Assembly: GCA_030704615.1 (NCBI GenBank)
Contig: CM060733.1
Coordinates: forward strand, 34,968,001 to 35,032,000
From: Takakia lepidozioides
Lineage: Eukaryota > Plantae > Bryophyta
Direction of reading: 5' to 3'
DNA length: 64,000 nucleotides
The translations under genes and the position numbers were made by a program. Every line of letters starts with the position of its first letter. The first letter of the stretch is position 1. Positions 53,821-64,000 of this stretch are shown piece by piece. Below the pieces are notes generated by a model. The model searched no databases. It was not told the origin of the DNA and saw only the letters and a list, made by a program, of their open reading frames with translations.

Positions 53821-53851
53821 GCATTTTCTGGCTTCTCGTTTTTTGTCGAAT

Positions 53852-53871
53852 GGTGTTTCTAAACACCACCA
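53852..53871 (+). promoter_or_regulatory. Histone 3'-UTR stem-loop-like element
   Basis: GGTGTT-TCTA-AACACC followed by ACCA, starting 31 nt after the H4 stop. Confidence 0.65.
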
Positions 53872-55329
53872 GCTACAGGAAGTTCAGTCTTCTCAATGCT
53901 CGATGCAACAAACGTTTCCCGATCTCACAAGTTGTAGGGTGTTGTTGCTTGTAGAGAATGTTACCTGTCCATCTGTTGTAGAGGGTCATAAATTAAACGC
54001 TGACGTGAGCATCATTCTGAGCGGTGGCCTGATGTTGTAGGACCATCAAGCATCAGACGGGTAAATCGTCTCTCTGTTTGCTGGAATGGCAGCTTAATGG
54101 GCACGATTGTAAGCTTGAAGTTGTAAGTTGCTCATTTCAGTTTGAGGCACGTCTTGTCGAGGTGTGTGTGTGTGTGTGTGTTTATAACAGTGACGCACGT
54201 CCACATGTCATGTCGACCTAGAAACTTATGGCAAACTGTGCTATATATGCTAAGAAAAAATTCTTGCAAAGTGGAGGAGCAAACAGCAGACCCTAGTGGA
54301 GGATGAGACTGGAGGGAACATGGGCTGAAACCCCCTGCTTGCATTGATCTCACTGTGTATGGATTTTTTTGCGCCCTTGTTCTTTCTGCCCTCCCTTCCC
54401 AATGGAGTGGACATATTTGGGGCGTGATTTGCTGACTGAGGATATTCTTGATTAGTGATTTAGAGCATCATGACTGACAGATTGTCTGTGCACCATGACT
54501 ACTCCGGAAGATGTGCCGCCCAGCCCATGGCCTGCTTTCACATGATTTCGCTTAGAATACTTGGACTCAATGATAAAGTTGACCTAATGTCACTGCTTTT
54601 TCTACAAACGGTGTCTTTGTGGAGACAGCAGCATCTTAGTTTTGAACAATATATTTGGCCAGGTTCTTGCAATTTCTCCCTGAGAAGAACTGAGATTCAG
54701 CCTTTTAAGTAGCTTGCAGACTTTCACCCCTGAGTCAGGTAAGCACTCTTCAGCCTGATGGGTGGGTCTCCAAGGGCATTTGCTTCCACTAGTGACAGCC
54801 GCATTGCACTTGCAGAGCAAAAATGACATGTTTCTAGGCCTCTAAGAGCCACTGCTTGATCAATGAAACTGTTTCAGAAAGCCCTGACACTCTTGGGAGG
54901 AAGGTTCATGGTCTACTTCTGATCTTTCTTAGGTCAGATTGAAGGTAAAATATGGCCTTGCAAATCCTGAGTTCCAAGAGAGAAAAAGAAAGCCACACAA
55001 ATGCTCAAATGGGCATCTTGTGCGCTCTACTCCCTTTGACCTCAATATGTGTGAGGGTAATAGCTTCGAAATTTGAATCCACCAGTGTCATGTATACTTT
55101 TAGGCTGAGTGGGGATAAATTAAAGTCCACTACAAAAATTTCTGTGATTGGCCTGAAAACAACTGTGTTCTTGATATAAATCAATCCCCAGAGGGTTTTA
55201 CCTGTTGTAAGTGAGAATTCTGTGGAAGGCACACTAAACTGCTGTCTTAAGAGCTAGCTGTTGATAGAAGGTTAACGGCTATGACACAATTTGGATTTCT
55301 CCTCTACACAGTGTGGGGTATCACAACTT

Positions 55330-58124
55330 TCACAACTGGGAAGCTCCTAAGAAACAGACATACACTCTGCCAGAATTGGAGATGCGGGCTGGGTAGACCT
55401 GCAGTAAAAAAAACTCAGATCAACAACCAACGGTGCCCAACCTCATTAGATGTCTGGTATTAAGATTTAAAATGGCTGAAGTGACTCTCCCACAAGCAAA
55501 GTGAAACTGTAAGAGACATAAATTTTTGGTCTCTTTAATGATTGTGTTCCCTCTTTCTGCTAAGGTGAACAGAAATTTGTGAACTTGCTGCAGAGAAGTG
55601 GGCATAATTCCATGAAGTGATGCAACTCTCATCCTACTATTTGAGGAACCTGGCGATGTAGTGCAGAGCATACTGCAGGATAAATGGGTGACATACCTTA
55701 GCCTTAGCTGAGGGAGCTTTGTCTTTTAGAACACCAACTACCCACTGTAGAGGCCCATCCTTGGGACAATACTCCTCCACCTTCCCATCCAGGAGGGAGA
55801 ATTTTGAATGACACAAGGGACAATTTATGCTCACCTGCCCTTCCTCTTGCTCATTTACCTGTGCAACACCCCAGTAAGAAGGTATGCCATGCCTCTTATT
55901 TTCCTTCAATTTTCTTTTCTGTTACAAAGAGGAAGGGGCATGAACGCAAATCAAACTTATTAGAAACCTCTCCGTGCAGCACACTCAGCAAAGCCACGGA
56001 AGGCTACCAGGGCAAGATGTCACAGAGGCAACAAAGAGGCCAATGGTCCAGATTACAAGCTTGTTGAGGCTTCTACATAAAAGATTCTGACTGAAAAATA
56101 GACCAACACATGGTGGATCCTTTCCCCATGAGTGCCGAAGTATTATTGAACCAGGCAGGCAACTGAAGATAGCAGTGGAGGCCAAGAGGGTTCTTACAAA
56201 ATGAATCCTGACCTTATTTTTACGGTCAGGATCCTCCCAGATACAACCCCTCCTGGAGGCTTCTTTCAGGGTTACCTACAGGGGATCTCTCTCTCTCCTG
56301 CACCTTCGTTTACCAACTTTGAAAATCTCGAGGCTGAGCCAAATCCCAGGGCCTTTTGGGGCCTAGTTATTGGGCAAATCACATACAGCAGATTGATGCT
56401 TGTGTAAAGGGATTTCTAGAGGATATCTGGAAAACTCGGACAATTGTCTGTTCCAAGGTAAGTCATACTACCAGGGTGAGCCCCTGACAAAGGTAGTTGC
56501 TGTTCCCTTCTGTTCCGCTCAAACTGGGCGCGGGGTCAATGGCCACAAGGCTACGGCAAACAACGTCTAATGAGTACATTCTCTCTCTCCAAGCCTGGCC
56601 CTTTCCTTCACATAACAGTCACATCGATCCACGGTAGGGCTAGAAGGCCAGTAGTGGCGTCTCAAAAAGTTGTGCAGGCCACAGCACAACTCAACAGTTG
56701 CTTCACTGCAACCAGATTGTCATCAGCTGTGTACAAGCATGGCTGCCTCTCATATGCACCAGTGAGCTGAAATACCACCACTGGCTCTGGGTAGGTTAGT
56801 GCTCCTGGGGGACTATAACATCACAGATAGGTCACACTTGGAGCAAATCTTCAAATTGAGGCACAGGCACCAGATTTCCATCAAGCAAATTACATGAGGA
56901 ACTTGGATTGAAGGCTTTGGAAACTGTATACAAGGCATGGCTTCAGTGTCAAATCAGGGTGCAAATCATTTCCCGCGACCACTCATGCAAGAGCTCCTGA
57001 GTCAGACTTGGGAGCATCAACGAGAACAAGAACCAAACAAATCAAAGGAGAGCACAACACACCTCGCCTGCAATAACTGGGAATTTACAAGCAGTGCAAT
57101 TGGCTTCAATGGAATACAATTCTGTGCCCCTCTTTACTAGGACATATCTGCACCACCCCCACCATCCAGAATCATCTTAGGATGTTTTTGCTAGCAGAGA
57201 ACAGAAAGTAAGCAACATTCGGAAGCAAGCAGCACCCACACACTTTGGCTTTTGTTTGTATCATTTAGTCTTAGAGCTACCTAGTGATGAAGCTGCTAAA
57301 AGATACGGTCCAACCAATCTAACAATGCTGAAGCTTGTGTAGATGCCCACAAGTTTTGAGGATGTCTTAAACAGCCATCTTCTTATTTCCTAGGGATTTG
57401 AATCCCTAAAAAGCACGGCAAACTCATAGTTTTAGCAACAGGTTGTCAGTTTTCTTTGTCGTGCTTTATAAAGCAAGTGGGGTTTGAATGCTCCAGGGTT
57501 ACTTCTTTTAGTATCCGATGGAAATGAGTTTCTGCATTTGCCCTTCTGGCTTGCCTGGACAGCCATGAAGTTCAAAAGATCAAAGTGTGTTTGGAGTGTA
57601 CCCAGCATTGTTATGGATGATAGCCTTGTTCTTACCATCCTCGAAATCATCCGATTCCGCCACCTACATCACCCTCCCCAACATCTCTTGACATCCTCCT
57701 GCATTTCTTGAGACAATTGTGAAAACTGCCCATCTTGGTCGTACATCTCCAAAGACAACAAAATGAGACAAATCCACCATGCACTGGACTGACAGACAGT
57801 ACCATTACAATCTCTTGGGTATCAACAAATCCTGACTGACATTGCTTCAAGAGATACTTATCACCTGTGTCCATCCCTGCAGATCCTCTTTGCCTTTAAT
57901 GCGCCTTCGGATTCCTTCAGCAGTTGCTTTCTTAGCATTTGAACCCCTCCCTTGCTTTGGCGGCACGTTCCTCGCCCATATTTGGGTGACTCCTCCCTGC
58001 TGGAGTCTTCCCACCGATAACAATGCCTTGGTCCCGGAACAACAGGGCCACAAATCTGATAAGGATTCCTTCGTTGAGCTGCCTGCCTGTCCCAAGAAGG
58101 TCAGGGGATTAACACACACACACG

Positions 58125-58155
<31 letters not shown>

Positions 58156-58694
58156 GAGTTAAGCACCCGTAACTTTCCGAAAGGCCCTAGACCTTTACTT
58201 TCCCGATTGGATTCCCCTCGAATGGCAGTAAATTTGTTGCAAGGCGTGTAGTTTGGGTGTCTCTCACCAAAATTTGAAGAACTGACCGTGTTATGAAGAT
58301 CCAAAGCAACACAAAACGTGCATTTCAACTTAGGAAGTGCTGTGACACACCCATATTGACCTCAACTGATACAATCTTCAGACATGCTTGGGTATTGGAA
58401 ATTGCACACAATACCCACGATGTTAACGAAAGGAAGCATTCGCCCTGCCACCTCGGTCAACGCTAATGCCCTGGGCGTATCTCTCCATATGCGAAGGTGC
58501 GTGAGAAAGACAGGAGCGGCTAATTTTGCAAATGGTGATTGAGTCACACAGAAAGTGCGACACAGAGGATTGCGCAATCAACAGATCAGCAGGAGGAAAA
58601 GAGAGAGAGAGAGAGAAGCACGGACCCGAATTGAGGAAAGTGATGATGGAAGTGCAGTAGTGGGCGACATGGCACAGTAGATGGGCACCGCCAT
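55330..58694 (-). CDS. Rieske-fold protein with atypical Cys-rich ligand motifs, probably plastid-targeted (~222 aa, 6 exons)
   Basis: Manually spliced exons 58694-58626, 58086-57865, 57663-57602, 57147-57063, 55858-55697 and 55398-55330. All junctions are GT-AG and frame-consistent. Core reads WTQVAESDDFEDGKNKAII..GYVLVKRGTELYSIEANCTACKFPV..SINCPLCHSKFSLLDGKVEEYCP..VYPARISNSGRVYV. The first exon is the least certain. Confidence 0.8.
56300..56590 (+). mobile_element. LINE 3'-end remnant inside an intron, ending in (TC)n
   Basis: Similar to the reverse complement of 59238-59520. Ends GGCAAACAACGTCTAATGAGTACATTCTCTCTCTC. Confidence 0.75.
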
Positions 58695-59237
58695 GCCTGC
58701 AGCGTTAGAATGCAGCTCTTGCAGGACAAGACACAGCAGCCCTCACCAGTATTATCCACATGCAGGTGTGTGGACGAAATACTCAGGCAGATCAACGGGT
58801 TTCGTGTTCGAAGGTTGATGCCAGCTTGTTTCATGACTTGACTGCAAGCCAATGGCAACAATGTGTCCACACACACTCTCTTCTTGTAGGAAGTCTAGTA
58901 AGTAAGGTGTTGAGCAGAAGGTTCTTGTCCCCTAATTCTGGCTGTGCTCCTTAATGTCTTGCATGCTTTAGAAAACAAGATTAGTATGAATTTGTTTAGA
59001 AAGTGCGAGCTGCTTGACAGAGAGGCTGTGACTCGGTCTTGCATGGGAGTAGAGGCCCTGTCAAGCTTGCCTATCCTGGCATGGAGAAGTAAGGCTATCA
59101 AAAAGGCGCCACAACGTACAACACAATAGAGATACTAACCACACTAGGTGGTGTTTGCTCACAATCAGTGGGGGTGCAAACAACAGTTCTCATCCCAGTT
59201 CTCAAAGACTCGAAAGAACAACAATGAGGGTAAGAGA

Positions 59238-61104
59238 TTGTACTCATAAGACGTTGTTTGCCGTAGCCTTGTGGCCATTGACCGCGCGCCCAGTTTGAGC
59301 GGGAACAAAAGGGACAGAACCTACCTCTGTCAGGGGCTGATGTTGGTAGTGTGACTTACCATCATATATAGAATTCATCCGGGTTTTCCAGAATCCTCTA
59401 GAAATCCCTTCACACAAGCATCAATCTGCTGTGTGTGATTTGCCCAAAAACTAGGCCTCAGGATGGCCTCGGCTTTCGGCTCAGCCTGGAGACTTTCAAA
59501 ATTGTTAAACAGGGGAACAGGCACAGTTCCCTTGATAGAGTTGAAGAGACCGTCTCTTTGGTGAGAGAACCCCGGACAGTGTATCAGAAAGTGAATTCTG
59601 TCTTCAGATTGCCCACACAGCGGGCAATTGCACTCTCCCTTTCCTCTCTGCTTTTGGTAAGCTTCCTGCCCTAAGTTTAAATTTCAGTCTACTGCCGAGA
59701 GTGGGTAGACCCTTGAGGTCATCCAAGATGTCCTCCCCCATGTCCCTGACTGGAAACAAGTTCAGGGAAGTTTTCTGCCTAACTTCATTTTCATCAGACA
59801 ATCTCATGGCAACAGACATGGCTGAGGACACTACAGCCTCTAAGTCAGATTTATCCAGCAGGGTCAAGGCTTGCGGATCCAGGTCCAGGTCCTTGAGAAT
59901 CTCTTCTACTCTCTTCTGCCAGGACTTAGCCTGTTTGACAGGGCGGTCCTGTTTCCAAGATATAGAGTCGACTAACTTAGGATATCTGGTGTTGGGCATA
60001 TGTTGCAGCTGACCCCACCATCTTCATCTCGTCGGGAGCTTAAGGACGGAATGCCAAACTCACCCCGAACAGCCACATTGGCTGTTTTGGAGCATGCTGA
60101 CATACACTCCTTAAGCACCCCGACTTGAATGGATTCTAGAGACTTAGCCTGGTTGGAGTTATCAACCCATATAGCAGATCCATACTCCAAGGCAGGTCTA
60201 ATATCGCAACAAAGCATGGTTTTCTTAACCTCAGAGTTGACCCCTCTGCAGTGGAAAAATTTAGTGAGCCCCAGAGCTTTGCCCTTGCCAGTTTGAACAA
60301 CTTTCCGGATATGTGCATCCCAATTACAATTGGAGGAAAACTCAACGCCCAGGTAAGTGTAGGAAGGGAGGACCGGGATCTCTTGGCTACCCCACTGCCA
60401 CTTAAGATCACTTCCTCCCTCTCCTCTGTCGTTGAATGCTACCACTGCACATTTGCTGACATTAGCCTCTAGCCCCCAAAGATCAAAGTATCTCTTCGCG
60501 CAATCAATCAACTCCTAGAGATTGAGACTCTCCTATGCCTGCGAAGTCGTCCGCAAACATAAGGGCTGGTATGGTGGTATCACCCACCCTTAACCCAAAT
60601 CCCTCACTTTCCACATCCTCGAGGAGTTGATTGATGAAAACATTGAAGAGCAGAGGGGAGAGAGTACATCCTTGGGCTACACCTTGGTCTATGTCAAAGA
60701 AGTTGGACTTCTGTCCGTTAACAGTGACACAGCTTTTGGTGTGAGCATACAAGTTGTGGACAACTCTCCACATCTTTCCCTTGATCCCACAAGATCAAAG
60801 GCGGAACCATAGGCCATCTCTCCACACTGTGTCATAAGCCTTTTTGACATCCAGGAAAAAAACATAAGTGGGTTTCCCTTCTTTTTTCCTTCCCTGGATA
60901 ATCTGGCTTAGAGTGAAGATATGATCCACACAGCCCCTGTTTTGCCGAAAGCCAGCTTGGCCTTCGTGGAAACAACCTCTAGACTCCAGATCAACCTCGA
61001 GACGAGTACTTATAACTCTGCAGAATGTCTTGCCAACAGCATTGAGGAGCGTGATGCCACGGTAGTTCCCCGGTTCTTCTCTGTCACCCTTCTTGTATAG
61101 ATTG
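59238..61104 (-). mobile_element. 5'-truncated LINE (RT domain plus 3' end)
   Basis: LYKKGDREEPGNYRGITLL, QAGFR, FLDVKKAYD, GVAQGCTLSPLLF, LMFADD and YTYLGV. 17-bp TSD ACAATGAGGGTAAGAGA at 59221-59237 and 61105-61121. Confidence 0.93.
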
Positions 61105-61304
61105 ACAATGAGGGTAAGAGAAAAGAGTCATATGACTTGGGATGCGAGGTACAGCATTTCATCATTCAAGGTGACAAAAGTTCCTGGTACTGCAAGGTTA
61201 CAGAATCAGTAAGTGAAATACTTCACAGATTGTCTTATGTGCCATAAAAGATGGCCTACAACAGCAAGATTCATCAAAACCTTGGCGAACACTCAATTCC
61301 TTCC

Positions 61305-64000
61305 TCACCATCCCCATTCTCTCTCGTTTTGCTGTGCTTGCAAGCATGTCACACCCTTATCTTTCCTTGGCTCCCCCAAGCCTTCCTCTCTGCTCTGGGT
61401 TGATGCATGAGGAGCCAATGGCTCTTCCAACTCAGGCTCAACTTTCGTTACTTTTGGCACCCCAGACACCTTATCCTTCTGAGTGCCTCGCATTGAGCGG
61501 GTTCTTGTCACTCGGGTGTCCGCCGTATGCCGTCCCTTAGAAGAAGACTCCAGCAAGCCACCACCATCATTTGAACTACCTTGCCTTCCTCCCTGACCCT
61601 TTACCTCCTCTACACTGCGACACCTTGCAGAACGTTTCGTCCGCCCTGTACCCTGCTGGGCTGTAGACATGGATGATGGATCCAAATGGGAATTGTAAGG
61701 CCCCAGTGGAGTGCCAGCCTGTTCTTCTGACTCTTTCTTGCTAACTCGACATGGCCATAACCGAACGCCGCCTTGCATGGCAATTTCCTGCGATGTCTCA
61801 GATGCTGCAGAAGCTGCCCCTGGTGCTTGCTTGGCAGTGTCACCACGCTGACGATGGGGCCCTGAAGACCCCTTGCCTCGGGGTCTGAGGCCATGTACAG
61901 TATGAGAGTCAACATCCGACTTAGCAACTTGTGCTGCTGCAGCCGCCGCACGGGTATGCCGAGACCGTTGTGGAGCTGGACCTTCATCTCTCTGCAGTGC
62001 AGGTGCCTCACAATGGGATGAGACCCCCACTCCTTCTGGCAAGTGGCTGTCAACATTTTGTACACTAGGAGCAGCAAACGTGCGGGCAGATCGAGAACTA
62101 CGTTTTTTCTTCATGAGGTCTTGTGATTGAGAGCCCTGCTGGGAATGCCCATCCCACCCGTGCTGATCAGTGTTCTCATTCAAGTCTCCTCTATCTTCGC
62201 CCTCCTTAAAACTCTGTGCTGGTGTTATGTTAGTCTTCTCATGGTTGTCAGAACACCCTCCACCATCAGTCGCCCTGCCTGGAAACTGATCATTATTCCT
62301 GTCTCTCCACCTTGGGCTTTTAGATTTGACATCCTGCAGTAGAAGGGTATCCTCTAAGGTCGGACGAGGGTCAGTACTGGGCAAGTTGCTGCCAAAGTCA
62401 GAATGTAGTCCGGGATCTTCTGCATTGGGTATATCAGCAGTCGTTATCCTCTGCTTCTTCTGCGGCGATTCTTTGGGCTCGGACACATCATGTTCCACGT
62501 AATGGATTGAACTTTCTTTCTTAACAAGCACCGTCTCAACCATGCCGGCGTCTGAAACATGGTGAGCAGGTACTTGCAAGTGATTTTCTTGTTGTGCAGA
62601 TGGATCTGCCTTTTTGAAGATGAATGTGGTGTACAGGCCTGCACCCCCGTATTCCCAAGATGAGACACTGCAAAAACACACCACCCTTTCACCAACTAGT
62701 TGATATACCAAGTCATCGTGTGATACTCATAAGGCAATTAGCATTGTGCTGAAAGCATCTTCACGGCCCTATCAAGTCTACTCAGCAACCCTTTCTCTCA
62801 ATTATTGCACATACACAACTGACAAGTTTGAACGTAATGGAGTGGCATCAAGCCAATGCTGATATGTTCAGCACGTATACAATTGACTATCGCTCAAAGT
62901 ATTGATCCAAGAAAATGGGATAAGCAGAAAGAAGAAAAGACACGTACTCAAAACGTCTTGAGCGACAGGAGACAATCGTCCTCTTCCATCCACCAATGGG
63001 ATTCCTTTGGAATCAAATAAGGTCCCACAACTGCTCTGCAGAGTATCGGCGAATGGAATACTGTCATAAGCAAAGCCACGGCCCCCCGCCTGTCAGACCC
63101 AGTATCCTTATTTGGGCCAGTAAACTCTAAACTGAGCATTAGCACCTATAACTTCCAGGGTTGAAGTATTTGAGCCATTGTTGCAAAATCAATGAAGATT
63201 GTCTCTCCCTTCGTTACAGACCCTTTCATGCAAGATTATTAAGCTCCTTCCCCAATCTGTCACTGGGTCCTGCACAAGTCTCAAGCACTGGCCTGCTTCC
63301 CAGTAATTTTAGAGCAGTAAACCAGGCCAGACTGCTGGTCTGTGTTCTTTTTGGGGAATCCAGGTGGCAAGAACACTTCTGACCACTATAGACTGATATA
63401 TGACAATTGTAGTATCCATACAGCAGCAGACTTCACTTGAGCAATTCTCACCACATACCGATAATCCTCATAGAAATCTGTAAGGTTCTGAATCTCCACA
63501 TATTCTAATTTCATCTCTGCTGCCAACCTGTCCCCGCACCCCAACCCATCACAAACCAGGTTTTAACCTTGTCCCGGCATCTCCCATATCTTCCACACTG
63601 GCGACTCTAAAACCTGCATCTGTCAGATAATACGAAAATGCAATGCATCTCGCAAGGAAGCTTTGCTGCATCCTCTCTTAGGGCATGGAGTAACACTTCC
63701 ACCAGCTATTGAGTGAGTGGGTCAGAAGGTACACATCCACCATGGCATACCACCACGCCACACACCGTAGCTTCCGTCTGAAGGCTACAAAAAGTCGTCT
63801 AATTGGCATTTTAAAACACAACAACTCACCCCAACCTTGGCTCAAGGATAGAACACATCTTGTCAGCCCATGCTCCAAATAGACTCCCTTCTCTCAGGAC
63901 TCTCCCTGTCTCCACATAAAATGGTGGAGAGGTGACAAACCTGATGAGGCTCGGGAAGTGAACCAAGAGCTGTGCTTGTGCCGGCAGCGAATCATCCACA
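61305..64000 (-). CDS. mRNA cap guanine-N7 methyltransferase 2-like, 3' part (5' end outside the window)
   Basis: Exons ending at 63941, then 63527-63459, 63060-62948 and 62638-61305 splice in frame to LVHFPSLIRLAAEMKLEYVEIQNLTDFYEDYR..DGRGRL..DVLSLYTTFIFKKADP. This matches the C-terminus of plant cap methyltransferase 2 as recalled. Confidence 0.82.

Noticed and set aside
54837-54854. Second histone-like hairpin GGCCTCTAAGAGCC
   Set aside because: Imperfect stem and ~1 kb from the stop codon.
55330-64000. Single fused gene of cap methyltransferase and Rieske domain
   Set aside because: The methyltransferase frame has a stop at 61305, and the Rieske-like gene has its own plausible ATG and transit-peptide exon at 58694.

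Overview
Eukaryotic nuclear DNA from a plant, probably a non-seed land plant (inferred from PLS-type PPR fragments, compact spliced genes and the Gypsy type). The left third (1-18.8 kb) is a nested transposon/PPR-pseudogene block. It holds a SET-domain ORF, a CACTA element inserted in a PHD-bearing Ty3/Gypsy, and a second CACTA element inside the first one's intron. The arrangement of termini, TSDs and split transposase exons indicates a ~12.7 kb inversion. Next come an RH39-like DEAD-box helicase whose C-terminus is built from tandemly duplicated micro-exons, and a tandem duplication carrying two acidic MiAMP1-family peptide genes. The second copy of that duplication is interrupted by a Helitron-like element containing a SWIM/MULE transposase pseudogene embedded in TGTAACCC motif arrays. 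The right part has a multi-exon LisH/HEAT (RELCH/KIAA1468-like) gene head-to-head with histone H4, and the H4 3' UTR carries a metazoan/algal-type histone stem-loop. It also has a six-exon Rieske-fold gene, missed by the ORF track, whose ligand motifs read CxxC and CxxC(H), a 5'-truncated LINE with a 17-bp TSD, and the 3' part of an mRNA cap N7-methyltransferase 2-like gene with a long C-terminal extension. All family assignments come from motif recognition and recall; no database search was run.
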